Virus record (IMG/VR): IMGVR_UViG_3300027813_000093
Span: 1 to 24,151 of that record
Reading direction: 5' to 3' (one strand)
Source of the DNA: a virus
Taxonomy: Duplodnaviria > Caudoviricetes
DNA: 24,151 nt
Made by a program: the position numbers and the translations under genes. The notes beneath the pieces were generated by a model. It did no database searches. It had not been told where the DNA came from and saw nothing but the letters and a program-made list of their open reading frames with translations. Shown here piece after piece: positions 6,704-16,011 of the stretch. How positions within the stretch are numbered: the first letter of the stretch is position 1; each line of letters starts with the position of its first letter.

Positions 6704-9700
6704 TCAATCAACTTCGAGAATTGGTTCCCCACTACCTCGTTGTGAATCTGAAACTCGTAGAGTATTCGGATTAGTTGTAAATGTTTGAACAGGTGAACCA
6801 CCATCTAAGGTAGTTGATGCCGTTTGTTTAGAACCATTAAAGAATGAATTTTCCATTCCACTTGTTAAATCACCAATATTTCTGTAATGAGTTGGGAAGT
6901 ATCCATCTAATGGGGTAACTTCTACAATAGAACCAGTAACAACTGGATTTATTGATTCACTTCCATTAGAACCAGTAAATGGTAAAATGTTTACTTTGTG
7001 TTTAAATTTTGTTACTGTTACTAACTCGGTTCCTAATGAAGAATCCGCTGAATTTATATTCTGTGGTACATCTTCTGTGTATGATTCTTTTAATAAAAAT
7101 ACTTTTATTCTTTCTTTTACAAAATTATTATTTTTATCTAATCTAGTTCGTATTGTATTACCATCGGTTCCATATAAACCAAATCCTAATACCGATAATG
7201 AATCAGGACCCATTCCTATCTGTTGATATGCGGTTGAATCATATTCACCTTGAACCAATTGGCTAAATTGTGCGTTTACTGTAAAAGAAATTCCTCCCAT
7301 ATCTGAGCCAGAATTTCTTGTTATTATTCCGGTTGCAACTAAGTTATCAGATTGACTGATTGTACCCATGTAACCATTATTTGTTCCAGTTACATTATGA
7401 TTATCAGATGCTGATATAATTGTTAAATAATTATCGTTTGTTCCACTTAAACTTATATCTGCAGAAGCCGTTAATAAAGATTCTATTACTTCATTTGATG
7501 AATTAATTATTATATTTTCTCGTGTATCTATTGATGATTCATATCCATGTAAAGATGCAGTAGTAGGTCTTAATTCTACTTTACTTCTTTCAAGTATATG
7601 TGGTTCGATTAACAATCCACTTGAAACTTTAGCTCTTGCAGGTACTAATGATTCCAATACATCAAATAATGATTTATCTATATATCTAACCAATTGAATA
7701 TATTGGTTTATATCTAATGAGTATCTATCAAAGTAATAATTTCTTAATGTTTTTAAATCACTATATTCGTCAGAATAATCATCTGCAGGATTACCAATAT
7801 AGTTTCCTATATCAAATCCACCAAGGGATTTTAAGATATCCATATTAATCTCTTTAATTGGTGAGAAAAATAATCCTAATCTATTTGAATCAATTGGAGC
7901 GTTATCAAATGATTTTTTAGTTGCTCTACTTTTATAAGTTAAATCTGATATTGTAGTTTGTGTTTCGAATCTTATCTTATTACCCACATTAAATCCACTA
8001 GATGGTACATCTGCGGTTACATCTCTATCATATGGAATATATTGATATGGATAATCACCAATGTTCTCAAATCCACTAGCTACAGAAGAAGTACAATAAG
8101 TTGTTACTAAAGCAACATTCTTAATATCAGCATCTCCACTTGTATGTCTATTCTTTGGATATTCAAAATCATTTCTGAAAATTAAATCAGTAGTTGAAGC
8201 TGATATGTGATTACCATCAATTGCATCAGGTAATAAAGTATGGTTATTAATGTTTACTTCACTTAATGCAGTTCTCCACAATCTAACCTCATCAATCGAT
8301 GCAGTTAGTGTGTTTCCTCCTATTTTAAATTCACTACCACTTGTCCATGCTTTAGTTGTTGATGATAATGAAGCACTCATTTCATTTCGTATTCTTCCTT
8401 GAATTCCTTCTTTTGCAAAAAGTTCAAAAGTATCAGAAGAACTACCACTAACTCGATTTACAACTATCTGAGTATATTCATCATTGAATATAGGCATTGG
8501 ATTTGTAGATGCAGATTCCGCTCCTACTGTTAGTTGTATTGTAGCAAGTGAACCAGTATCTTCGGACAATATATCCAATGACCAGTTTGAAGCTGATATA
8601 ATCTGTTGGTCTTGTTTTTCATTAGTATTTAATGTAATTTCAACCGAGTTTGGATAATCATTTGAATAATCACTATTATATTTTTTCCAAGGAATAGTAA
8701 TTGAAGATGAACTATTTATACCAATTGCGGCAGTTCTATCTTCAAATGTAAATTTAGTTGTACCCCCAGTAGTTGGGTCTTTAGGTCCTCCAAATTCCAT
8801 CACAGTTAAAAGTGATTGTGGAATACCATATATACTTAAGGCAGCATGAAGAGCTCTCTTCGTACCTTTGTGTTTGTTTAAATATGGTAGGTTGTTTAAT
8901 ATTCTTCTCCAAATTTCATGTTGTCTATCTTTACCACTTGTATTACTTACAACAGTACCATCGGAGTGTTTTCCAAATGCGTATTCCCAAAGTAGTTGTG
9001 ATTTAACTCCCATGTCAGCATCCCATCCAAGAGATTCTAACATATGATAAACTAAATCATTTATAATACCTGTGTTATATTTATTTTCAACCTTATTTGA
9101 TTTTGAAATACCTTCTATATGGGCCCAAATATTATCAAAATGCTGGCCTATCATATCAAAGAATAAGGTAAATTCTGCACCTTGATTATCTTCCTGTATG
9201 TGTTGTGGTAGATTGTTTACAAATCTTGATTTATTATTATAATCATAGTTTTCGGCAGAGGTTTGTAAACCAAGATACCAAGATGTTACAGTTGAATCCG
9301 ATGATGCCGAAAGTGCATTTCCTCCTGCACCAGGATAAGTTATATCACTTATTGATGAACTTGTATATAAGAATTTTTCAAATGAATCAAGTCCTTTTTT
9401 AACATCATTTATTTTTGTTAATGTTTTGTCTTTTTCATTTTTAATATCAATAGAACCGGTTGATGCAGAACCAGATAATAAACTATTGTATTTTGATTCA
9501 TATGATTCTATTAGTTTAACTTTATATAAAAAGTTTGCTCCTCTTTCTTCTGCAGATGAATATTTTACAAATGCTGGCCAGTTATAACCATGTACTCCTG
9601 TATCTTGTTTTATTTTACCAGATTCTGATTCTACTACTTCCGTAGAACTTGTTACATATGATATATTAAGTTTAGATAAGTCAAAATCACTGGAAGAAAT

Positions 9701-12013
9701 AAATTGATTAACAACATCTGTTGAAGTTGTTGAACCACTTCCTATTAAATCATCAAGAATTTGATATCCTATATCATCACCTACATCTAAATTAAAGTTT
9801 GGCGATAGTGGAGTGCATTCTGCAGTTTCACCATCTATAATCGTAATTGTATCAATTATAGGAATTGATTGAATTTTTGATATCCAAATTTTATGATTTA
9901 AACTTATATCTTGAGGTAATGGTTCATATAGTTTTAAAACTAAAGATTTTACTTCTTTTGTTTTTTTTGTTGTATTTGTTTCTAAATCATCTACAAATGA
10001 TGATAAAGTATTTTTATCAACATCCCAAGTTGCTATTAATTTATTATTACCACCACCTAAGTGTAAATAATGTGTAAGAAACGGAGATACATCTTCAAAT
10101 ATTCTTTTATCAAATTGTCTTCTAAAGCTTTCTTTAATATCATTAATTACAATTTCTCGGGGTAATGTTAAATCTCCTTTGTCAAAAGTAATGTTTATTA
10201 CTTCAATCTTTCCTTCTGTTTTCTCATTGCCCTCAATGTTATATGGAACTAAGTTTAAAGAAAACTGAACTACATCTGATGTTTCATTAATATTGGTTTT
10301 TGATGCCTTTATAACATCTAATACTTTAAATTTAGCATTTCCATTTGGTTCAAACTTTCCTAAGAAATTAGATTTAGTATCTTTAGAATATTTTCCCGCA
10401 TAAACATAAATAAAATTAGTGTTTATAGATTGCCAACTAATATTAAAGGGAACATCAAATCCTTTGAAATCCGCTCCTTTTATGTTTTGTGGATAATTTA
10501 TATGAGTAATATCTGGTCCTGGTAGGTACTCAGAACTTAATACATTAATATTAATTCTTTTTACATCTCCACTGCCCGCTGTTTTTGAATTGGGTTGTAA
10601 ATAAATTATGTAATTACCTATACCATTATAAAAATCATCTTTATTTAAAATAATGGTTCCGTTTGGTTTTAATGTTCTTGTTGTTTTTCCTAGTGTATAA
10701 ACAACAGTATCCGTGTTTGATGTATTATAAACAATTTTTGTATCCTCTTTGGATTTAATATTAAATTTTAAATTATCTATTGAAACATTTAAAAGAGGTT
10801 TTTTTACATCATCTTTGGGTATCTTAACCGAATTAACAATAATCTTTGTAATACCTGATTCTAATTTTACTCGTGTTTCAAGTGAATCAATGGTTTGTAT
10901 TGATTTGTTTGTTGGTTTTTGAATTTCATAACTTACTGTATGAGATAAATCGGTTATTCCATTTGCAAAGAAATCAACATATAAAGTATCCCCTGGAATT
11001 GATGGTGGTTTGTGATTTAAAGTTAACAATCCTTCATCTTCAAGAAATCCAACTTCTCCCCAAGATGTAGAATATTTAATATCCCCATCATTACCAATAT
11101 TAGATTCAATTTCTAATGAATAAAGAGTTGGCGTGGGAGTATCTATTATAATATCTTCGGTTAGTTTAAAATTTAAATCTACTGAAAAGGATTTGTTTAT
11201 GGTACTTGTTATTTCATTAATTTGATTATTAACATTTATTTCTTTTCCATTTTTTTCAACTCTTAATTGATAAAATTTAAAATCAATAGTTCCAACTGCA
11301 AGAGGTCTCGGATTAAGTTGTGTAGATTCTACTTTTTGAAATCCTAAGTATTGAGAACCATCATTATTTATATTAAATGTTTGAGTATCTGGATTTACTG
11401 GGAGCAGTTCGAACTCATCAAAGTTAATTAATGGCCTGACATCCTTTGTAATAGTTTGTTCTACCGTATATACTCTATATCTATCTTTTGATTTTCTATT
11501 ACCCTTTGTTACTGTAATTGTTTTTGGTGTAAGTAGTTCTTTTCCATTAAAAATTATTGGATTGTTGGTTGTATGTTTTGTATCATTTCCATTTACAACA
11601 ACCGTTCCTCCAATTGGAAGTGATTTAATATTAAGTTGAATAGTATTATCTGGTGTGTTATATGTATTTATTGTTTTAGGAATTACATCTTGTAACTCGT
11701 TTTTATTAATTGGGTTATTAAGAGAATCCACAATACCAGTTGAAGTAACTCGTGTACCATCATTCATTACTGTTACTGGACCAGATATTTTACCAAGTTG
11801 TATTAATGCGTTCTCAGAGGGGCCGCCGCCTGATTGAATTGCTCTGCCTAAATTTCTAACTACGGCTCCGGCCTGTTCTATGGTTGCATCTATCCATCTT
11901 CTCCCATTCCATTCCCATCTACCAACCGCGCCGCTATCTCCATCTATTGCAATTTGTCCCCTTCTTTTACCTGGTCTTGATGGGGGAATATGTTGTTTAT
12001 TTGAATGTGGCAT
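6704..12013 (-). CDS. large baseplate wedge protein (T4 gp7/P2 gpI-like core) with PEGA/Ig-like and LamG-like domains
   Basis: gpI-like segment EIWRRILNNLPYLNKHKGTKRALHAALSIYG; LamG-like IGG...SIDEVRLWRTALS; PEGA-like LNIKSLPIGGTVVVNG near the N-terminus; AAGGAG upstream; position in the baseplate cluster. Confidence 0.7.
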   Translation of the reverse strand: MPHSNKQHIPPSRPGKRRGQIAIDGDSGAVGRWEWNGRRWIDATIEQAGAVVRNLGRAIQSGGGPSENALIQLGKISGPVTVMNDGTRVTSTGIVDSLNNPINKNELQDVIPKTINTYNTPDNTIQLNIKSLPIGGTVVVNGNDTKHTTNNPIIFNGKELLTPKTITVTKGNRKSKDRYRVYTVEQTITKDVRPLINFDEFELLPVNPDTQTFNINNDGSQYLGFQKVESTQLNPRPLAVGTIDFKFYQLRVEKNGKEINVNNQINEITSTINKSFSVDLNFKLTEDIIIDTPTPTLYSLEIESNIGNDGDIKYSTSWGEVGFLEDEGLLTLNHKPPSIPGDTLYVDFFANGITDLSHTVSYEIQKPTNKSIQTIDSLETRVKLESGITKIIVNSVKIPKDDVKKPLLNVSIDNLKFNIKSKEDTKIVYNTSNTDTVVYTLGKTTRTLKPNGTIILNKDDFYNGIGNYIIYLQPNSKTAGSGDVKRININVLSSEYLPGPDITHINYPQNIKGADFKGFDVPFNISWQSINTNFIYVYAGKYSKDTKSNFLGKFEPNGNAKFKVLDVIKASKTNINETSDVVQFSLNLVPYNIEGNEKTEGKIEVINITFDKGDLTLPREIVINDIKESFRRQFDKRIFEDVSPFLTHYLHLGGGNNKLIATWDVDKNTLSSFVDDLETNTTKKTKEVKSLVLKLYEPLPQDISLNHKIWISKIQSIPIIDTITIIDGETAECTPLSPNFNLDVGDDIGYQILDDLIGSGSTTSTDVVNQFISSSDFDLSKLNISYVTSSTEVVESESGKIKQDTGVHGYNWPAFVKYSSAEERGANFLYKVKLIESYESKYNSLLSGSASTGSIDIKNEKDKTLTKINDVKKGLDSFEKFLYTSSSISDITYPGAGGNALSASSDSTVTSWYLGLQTSAENYDYNNKSRFVNNLPQHIQEDNQGAEFTLFFDMIGQHFDNIWAHIEGISKSNKVENKYNTGIINDLVYHMLESLGWDADMGVKSQLLWEYAFGKHSDGTVVSNTSGKDRQHEIWRRILNNLPYLNKHKGTKRALHAALSIYGIPQSLLTVMEFGGPKDPTTGGTTKFTFEDRTAAIGINSSSSITIPWKKYNSDYSNDYPNSVEITLNTNEKQDQQIISASNWSLDILSEDTGSLATIQLTVGAESASTNPMPIFNDEYTQIVVNRVSGSSSDTFELFAKEGIQGRIRNEMSASLSSTTKAWTSGSEFKIGGNTLTASIDEVRLWRTALSEVNINNHTLLPDAIDGNHISASTTDLIFRNDFEYPKNRHTSGDADIKNVALVTTYCTSSVASGFENIGDYPYQYIPYDRDVTADVPSSGFNVGNKIRFETQTTISDLTYKSRATKKSFDNAPIDSNRLGLFFSPIKEINMDILKSLGGFDIGNYIGNPADDYSDEYSDLKTLRNYYFDRYSLDINQYIQLVRYIDKSLFDVLESLVPARAKVSSGLLIEPHILERSKVELRPTTASLHGYESSIDTRENIIINSSNEVIESLLTASADISLSGTNDNYLTIISASDNHNVTGTNNGYMGTISQSDNLVATGIITRNSGSDMGGISFTVNAQFSQLVQGEYDSTAYQQIGMGPDSLSVLGFGLYGTDGNTIRTRLDKNNNFVKERIKVFLLKESYTEDVPQNINSADSSLGTELVTVTKFKHKVNILPFTGSNGSESINPVVTGSIVEVTPLDGYFPTHYRNIGDLTSGMENSFFNGSKQTASTTLDGGSPVQTFTTNPNTLRVSDSQRGSGEPILEVD

Positions 12014-13731
12014 TATTTCTCCTTGATTGTTTTATCTGCAGTTATTGTAATTATATCATTATTATCATTATCAAAATAATTATAATCATTATTATCTAAA
12101 ACAATTCCTCCATCTATAATTATATCATTATTATTATTAGTTCCTCCACAAACTCCTTGTTTTGTTATAGTAACTCCTGGCCAGCCTACTATACTACCTT
12201 CTTGTGCACAAATGGTTGTGGAACTTCCAGGAGATATATTTGATGATTTTGTAAGTGCACCGGTTGCATTTCTATATGAAATTGAAACAGTACCTATGCT
12301 TTTTACAGGATCAGATTCGTTAATTTGTTTTTTTTCATCATCATTTGATGTTCCAATATTTTGTAATAAATAATATGATGTGTTGACTGTACTTTCTTTT
12401 AATTTAGGAACCTCTCTAACATCTTCTGACCATTTTATTGACCCAACATCGTGTGTAATAGAGAATGAATCATACATCACTCCGTTAATAGTGTCAGCAA
12501 CTCCATTTTTTTTCCATTTAATGTTTGTATCAGTAGACCAAACATAATATTTTTTAGTTACGGTATTTTCATTGTATGTACAACTACCATCATCTGTTGT
12601 TGCGTTTGGATTATAGTTTAATGAATTAGGGTCTGTACATCCTTTTATCTCTGCTTCTTCTGCATATATACACGTGCCATTATCTACTGTTGCATATTTG
12701 TTATAGTTTAATGAATTAGGGTCTGTACAACCACTTACTTCTGCACTATCTGGGATAGTCGAATCATAAACTTCATTAGAGGTACTTGATTTAAGTATAG
12801 ACTTAACTTCATCTAAAGTAATCTGTTCTTCTTTTGTTAAAACACTTTTGGTTTTTATATTTCTTTTTGGTAAATAAAAATCAATACATCTTATTAATGA
12901 TTGAAATGATGCATTCTCTATATCTGAAATACTTAGGTCAACACAGTCATATTCGTCTCCAATTGGTTTACCATAGTTACTATTATTAATATCCCAAATT
13001 CTTTTTTGAGAATAATATTGCATTGATTGAATAAATTTTGATTTAATTCTTTGAATGAATAATTCAAAACTATCTATTTTAAATTCTTTTAAAATTAATT
13101 CAATATATTTTTTACCATCGGCCTCTGTTCCTTTTATTACAAAGAAATCTTCTAATACTTTTTGTACATTTATATTTTCTATAAAAACATTTACATAATA
13201 AATTACATCATCTCTAAAGTTTTTTTCCTCTGTAAAAACTGAGTATCTTTTTTCTAAATCTTTATTTATGCTTTTTGCTCGGTTTGGTAATAATCTAATT
13301 TCTGTTCTTGATGGTGAAATTTCATGTATCCATAAATTATTATTTGGTGAGTTTTCAACACCGGTTCTTCTATTTAATAAGGTTACTTGGGTTCTGAATA
13401 TTCCATTTGAATATCCTGCTTCTACTATAAGTTTTTCTAAATCAACAATAAATTCAGTTGTATCGTTTTTCTTTTTAGTTTTATTACTTTTTGAAATTAT
13501 AAAATAATCATTAATATTCGAATCATCAATGTAAATATAACGAACTAAGTTACCAGAATCTCCTTGTGGTAGTTGATTGTTAGATGAATCATATAAAATA
13601 AATTCAATCATATCAGCGCAACCTAACCCAAAGTTAGATTTAGATATTTCTTTTTCAAATACCGCTCTATCTTCAGAGTCTACTTTGTATCCTCTTCTGT
13701 CTACTATTTCTTTAAAATATTGTTCTGCCAT
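12013..13731 (-). CDS. probable virion protein with two GCTDxxxxNY...DxGxC repeats
   Basis: Translationally coupled (TAATG) within the structural cluster; repeats visible in both protein and DNA. Confidence 0.7.
   Translation of the reverse strand: MAEQYFKEIVDRRGYKVDSEDRAVFEKEISKSNFGLGCADMIEFILYDSSNNQLPQGDSGNLVRYIYIDDSNINDYFIISKSNKTKKKNDTTEFIVDLEKLIVEAGYSNGIFRTQVTLLNRRTGVENSPNNNLWIHEISPSRTEIRLLPNRAKSINKDLEKRYSVFTEEKNFRDDVIYYVNVFIENINVQKVLEDFFVIKGTEADGKKYIELILKEFKIDSFELFIQRIKSKFIQSMQYYSQKRIWDINNSNYGKPIGDEYDCVDLSISDIENASFQSLIRCIDFYLPKRNIKTKSVLTKEEQITLDEVKSILKSSTSNEVYDSTIPDSAEVSGCTDPNSLNYNKYATVDNGTCIYAEEAEIKGCTDPNSLNYNPNATTDDGSCTYNENTVTKKYYVWSTDTNIKWKKNGVADTINGVMYDSFSITHDVGSIKWSEDVREVPKLKESTVNTSYYLLQNIGTSNDDEKKQINESDPVKSIGTVSISYRNATGALTKSSNISPGSSTTICAQEGSIVGWPGVTITKQGVCGGTNNNNDIIIDGGIVLDNNDYNYFDNDNNDIITITADKTIKEK
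12611..12729. repeat. intragenic direct repeat, 29 bp exact, 90-bp period
   Basis: TTATAGTTTAATGAATTAGGGTCTGTACA at 12611-12639 and 12701-12729, encoding CTDPNSLNY(N). Confidence 0.95.
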
Positions 13732-13737
13732 AATATA

Positions 13738-14946
13738 TTAGTTTCCGTGGCCACCTTTTCTTAATTTTCTATACATTATACCTTTTATATTATAAGTTTC
13801 TTGTCCAATAGTTAGCGTAATATCATCTGTAAATTCTTTTCTTCTTCCTTTTGGAGAATTTACATTTCTAACTTTTTTTGCATCTATTTCTATTTTACCA
13901 GGAGTTTCACCACTTCTTGGTGGTATTGTACCACTTTGTTTTGAGAATCCTAACCATGGAGTTCCGTGGCCACCACCAGCTGCTTTAATTGAAATAGACC
14001 ATGTGATTTCTGCTTCTTCACTAAAGTTATATAATTCAAGTGAATCTAAACCACCCCATCCTGAACCTCCTCTGTTACTTCTAAAATGAATTTGTCTAGT
14101 TTCAAATAAATTCGGGTCTTCATGTGGTTCGGGTACTTTCCAACCACTCTCTCCTTTTTGGTCATATGAATTATCAGGTCCACTTAGACTTGCAAGTATT
14201 GCTGCAACCTCTTGTTGTGCTTCTTCTTGTTCTTCTATTTGGTCTTTTAATTTAAGTTGTTCTTGTAAACTTATCTTCTGTGCTTGTAAACCCCTCACTT
14301 GTGCTGTAAGTGAAACTCTTTCGATAGCTTCCTTTGTTCCTTTTATAATAGAATTTTGAAAATCAGCTAATAATGACCCATATCTATCACTAACGACTGT
14401 ATTTTGATTTTCTGCAACTGCTCTTTGTTGTAACGCCGCATCAAGTTGTTGTTGTAGTGATAAATTTTGAGATTCCAATCCACTAATTTTTGATAATGCA
14501 TCATTCAACTTAGCTCTTAAATCTTCTATCGCATCGGTTCCGGTCTTAAACCTATCATTAAGTTTATCATATATCTCTTGTTTAACAAAAGGGCCTTTTT
14601 TAATTTTTTCTTTTTTAATTAACTCATCTACCTTTACATCAATTGCCTTTTGCAATTCTTCTTCATTATATTTTGGCTTTTCAATATATCCAGATGTTTC
14701 TCCATCAAACGATGTTTGTTCTTGTACAAAGGAGTCATCTACTTCATTTAAATCTGATTTAAATCTTGGGGATATTTGTTTTCCCTTTATTGGTACGGAA
14801 CCAAATGGAGCTTCTTTTGATATAATAGGTCTTTTTTCTTTGCCATTACTTTTCTGCACAACAATTTGATTAGAAGAATCCCTTCTAATTACACTCGAAC
14901 CTTTTTTTACAAGTTCATTAATCCTAAATCTATCTGATAAAGCCAT
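13738..14946 (-). CDS. coiled-coil protein with a C-terminal BACON/Ig-like domain, probably virion-associated
   Basis: Long Gln/Leu/Glu heptad-like region, then LYN...ITWSI...PWLGFSKQSGTIPP...ITLT, which is typical of BACON-type domains. Confidence 0.6.
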   Translation of the reverse strand: MALSDRFRINELVKKGSSVIRRDSSNQIVVQKSNGKEKRPIISKEAPFGSVPIKGKQISPRFKSDLNEVDDSFVQEQTSFDGETSGYIEKPKYNEEELQKAIDVKVDELIKKEKIKKGPFVKQEIYDKLNDRFKTGTDAIEDLRAKLNDALSKISGLESQNLSLQQQLDAALQQRAVAENQNTVVSDRYGSLLADFQNSIIKGTKEAIERVSLTAQVRGLQAQKISLQEQLKLKDQIEEQEEAQQEVAAILASLSGPDNSYDQKGESGWKVPEPHEDPNLFETRQIHFRSNRGGSGWGGLDSLELYNFSEEAEITWSISIKAAGGGHGTPWLGFSKQSGTIPPRSGETPGKIEIDAKKVRNVNSPKGRRKEFTDDITLTIGQETYNIKGIMYRKLRKGGHGN

Positions 14947-14949
14947 TTT

Positions 14950-16011
14950 TTATTTTTCTACTGTAAATGTTAAATCCTTATCAATAAAGTATTCAACAAC
15001 ACCACTTCTTACTGTTTTTATTTCTATATAATAATCTCGATTGTATTCAAAGTTAGTTAAGTTTAATTTAAAGTAATTGCCGGTTGAATCACAACTGACC
15101 TTTGTGTAATTATCATTAAATGGAATTATTACTTCTTCAGTTACTATATCTTTTATTTGATAATATGTTGTTGATGGTAAAAATTTAACATCAGTATATG
15201 CGTATGTATTGGTATAACTTTTAAGAGGATATTTCTCTCTACCGAACACTCTAATCTCTGGTGAACTTCCAACCTTATATATTGTTTTTAATCTCTTAAA
15301 CGTTACGTGAATATCATCAGAGGTAAGTTCAGTAAGTGAACCGGTTGTAAATGATGAATCATCCCATCCTATTCTTATTTTAGGTTGATATATTGTATTT
15401 GTTTCTTTTGAAAAAAACTTTAGTTGACCGTAATCTGTTGTATCGTTTTCTAATGATGAATCATGTTTAAGTATAAATCCTTCATTTGGAATAGAACCAC
15501 TTATCCAAGAAGTAAATGGAGTTATTACATCCATTATAATATCAGAAGATTGATAATTAAATGATTGAGATGCATATGATCCTGTGTACCACATTCCACC
15601 TTTACCATTATATGAACCAGAACTTTCTAGTGATGCTGACCCAACTAACCAATTGGTTGAAGTTTTTCTTGTATTCCAAGTTACCCCATCTGTTGATATT
15701 TTGTCAAACCTAGTACCAATTCCCATGTCCCATGATTGAGAAACAGGATATGCATAAAGTGAATAATCTGTTGAAATTTCTGATGATTCACTTTCTCTGA
15801 TAATCATCTCAGCGCTACTCATAGTTATTTCACCACTAACAATTGATTGAGATAACGCAGTTGTGTCAAATTTAATTAAACTTCTTGAAGTGTCTTTTAA
15901 ATTTCCATAATAAGTTTTAGATATTTCTAATATCTCATCAAAACCAGTATTTTGTGTTGGTTGTTGTAAGTAAACAGTTGAATCTTTAGATGATGTTACA
16001 AAATAATACAT
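14950..16011 (-). CDS. DNRLRE-domain-like structural protein
   Basis: KDSTVY..QPTQNTG...LEI...SRSLIKFD...YPVSQSW..G...TW...DVI...W...PNEGFILK...FFSKE...PKI pattern. Confidence 0.65.
   Translation of the reverse strand: MYYFVTSSKDSTVYLQQPTQNTGFDEILEISKTYYGNLKDTSRSLIKFDTTALSQSIVSGEITMSSAEMIIRESESSEISTDYSLYAYPVSQSWDMGIGTRFDKISTDGVTWNTRKTSTNWLVGSASLESSGSYNGKGGMWYTGSYASQSFNYQSSDIIMDVITPFTSWISGSIPNEGFILKHDSSLENDTTDYGQLKFFSKETNTIYQPKIRIGWDDSSFTTGSLTELTSDDIHVTFKRLKTIYKVGSSPEIRVFGREKYPLKSYTNTYAYTDVKFLPSTTYYQIKDIVTEEVIIPFNDNYTKVSCDSTGNYFKLNLTNFEYNRDYYIEIKTVRSGVVEYFIDKDLTFTVEK

Noticed and set aside
9955-9968. Poly-T tract as a frameshift or phase-variation site
   Set aside because: It encodes a Lys-rich stretch (KKTK) in an AT-rich genome, the frame is intact and no alternative-frame product is evident.
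12611-12729. CRISPR mini-array (29-bp repeats)
   Set aside because: Only two copies, in frame inside a CDS, explained by a protein repeat; no cas genes.
13743-13974. 13-bp repeat TTCCGTGGCCACC (GGHG twice in the 402-aa protein)
   Set aside because: Short and explained by a repeated tetrapeptide; not distinguishable from chance.
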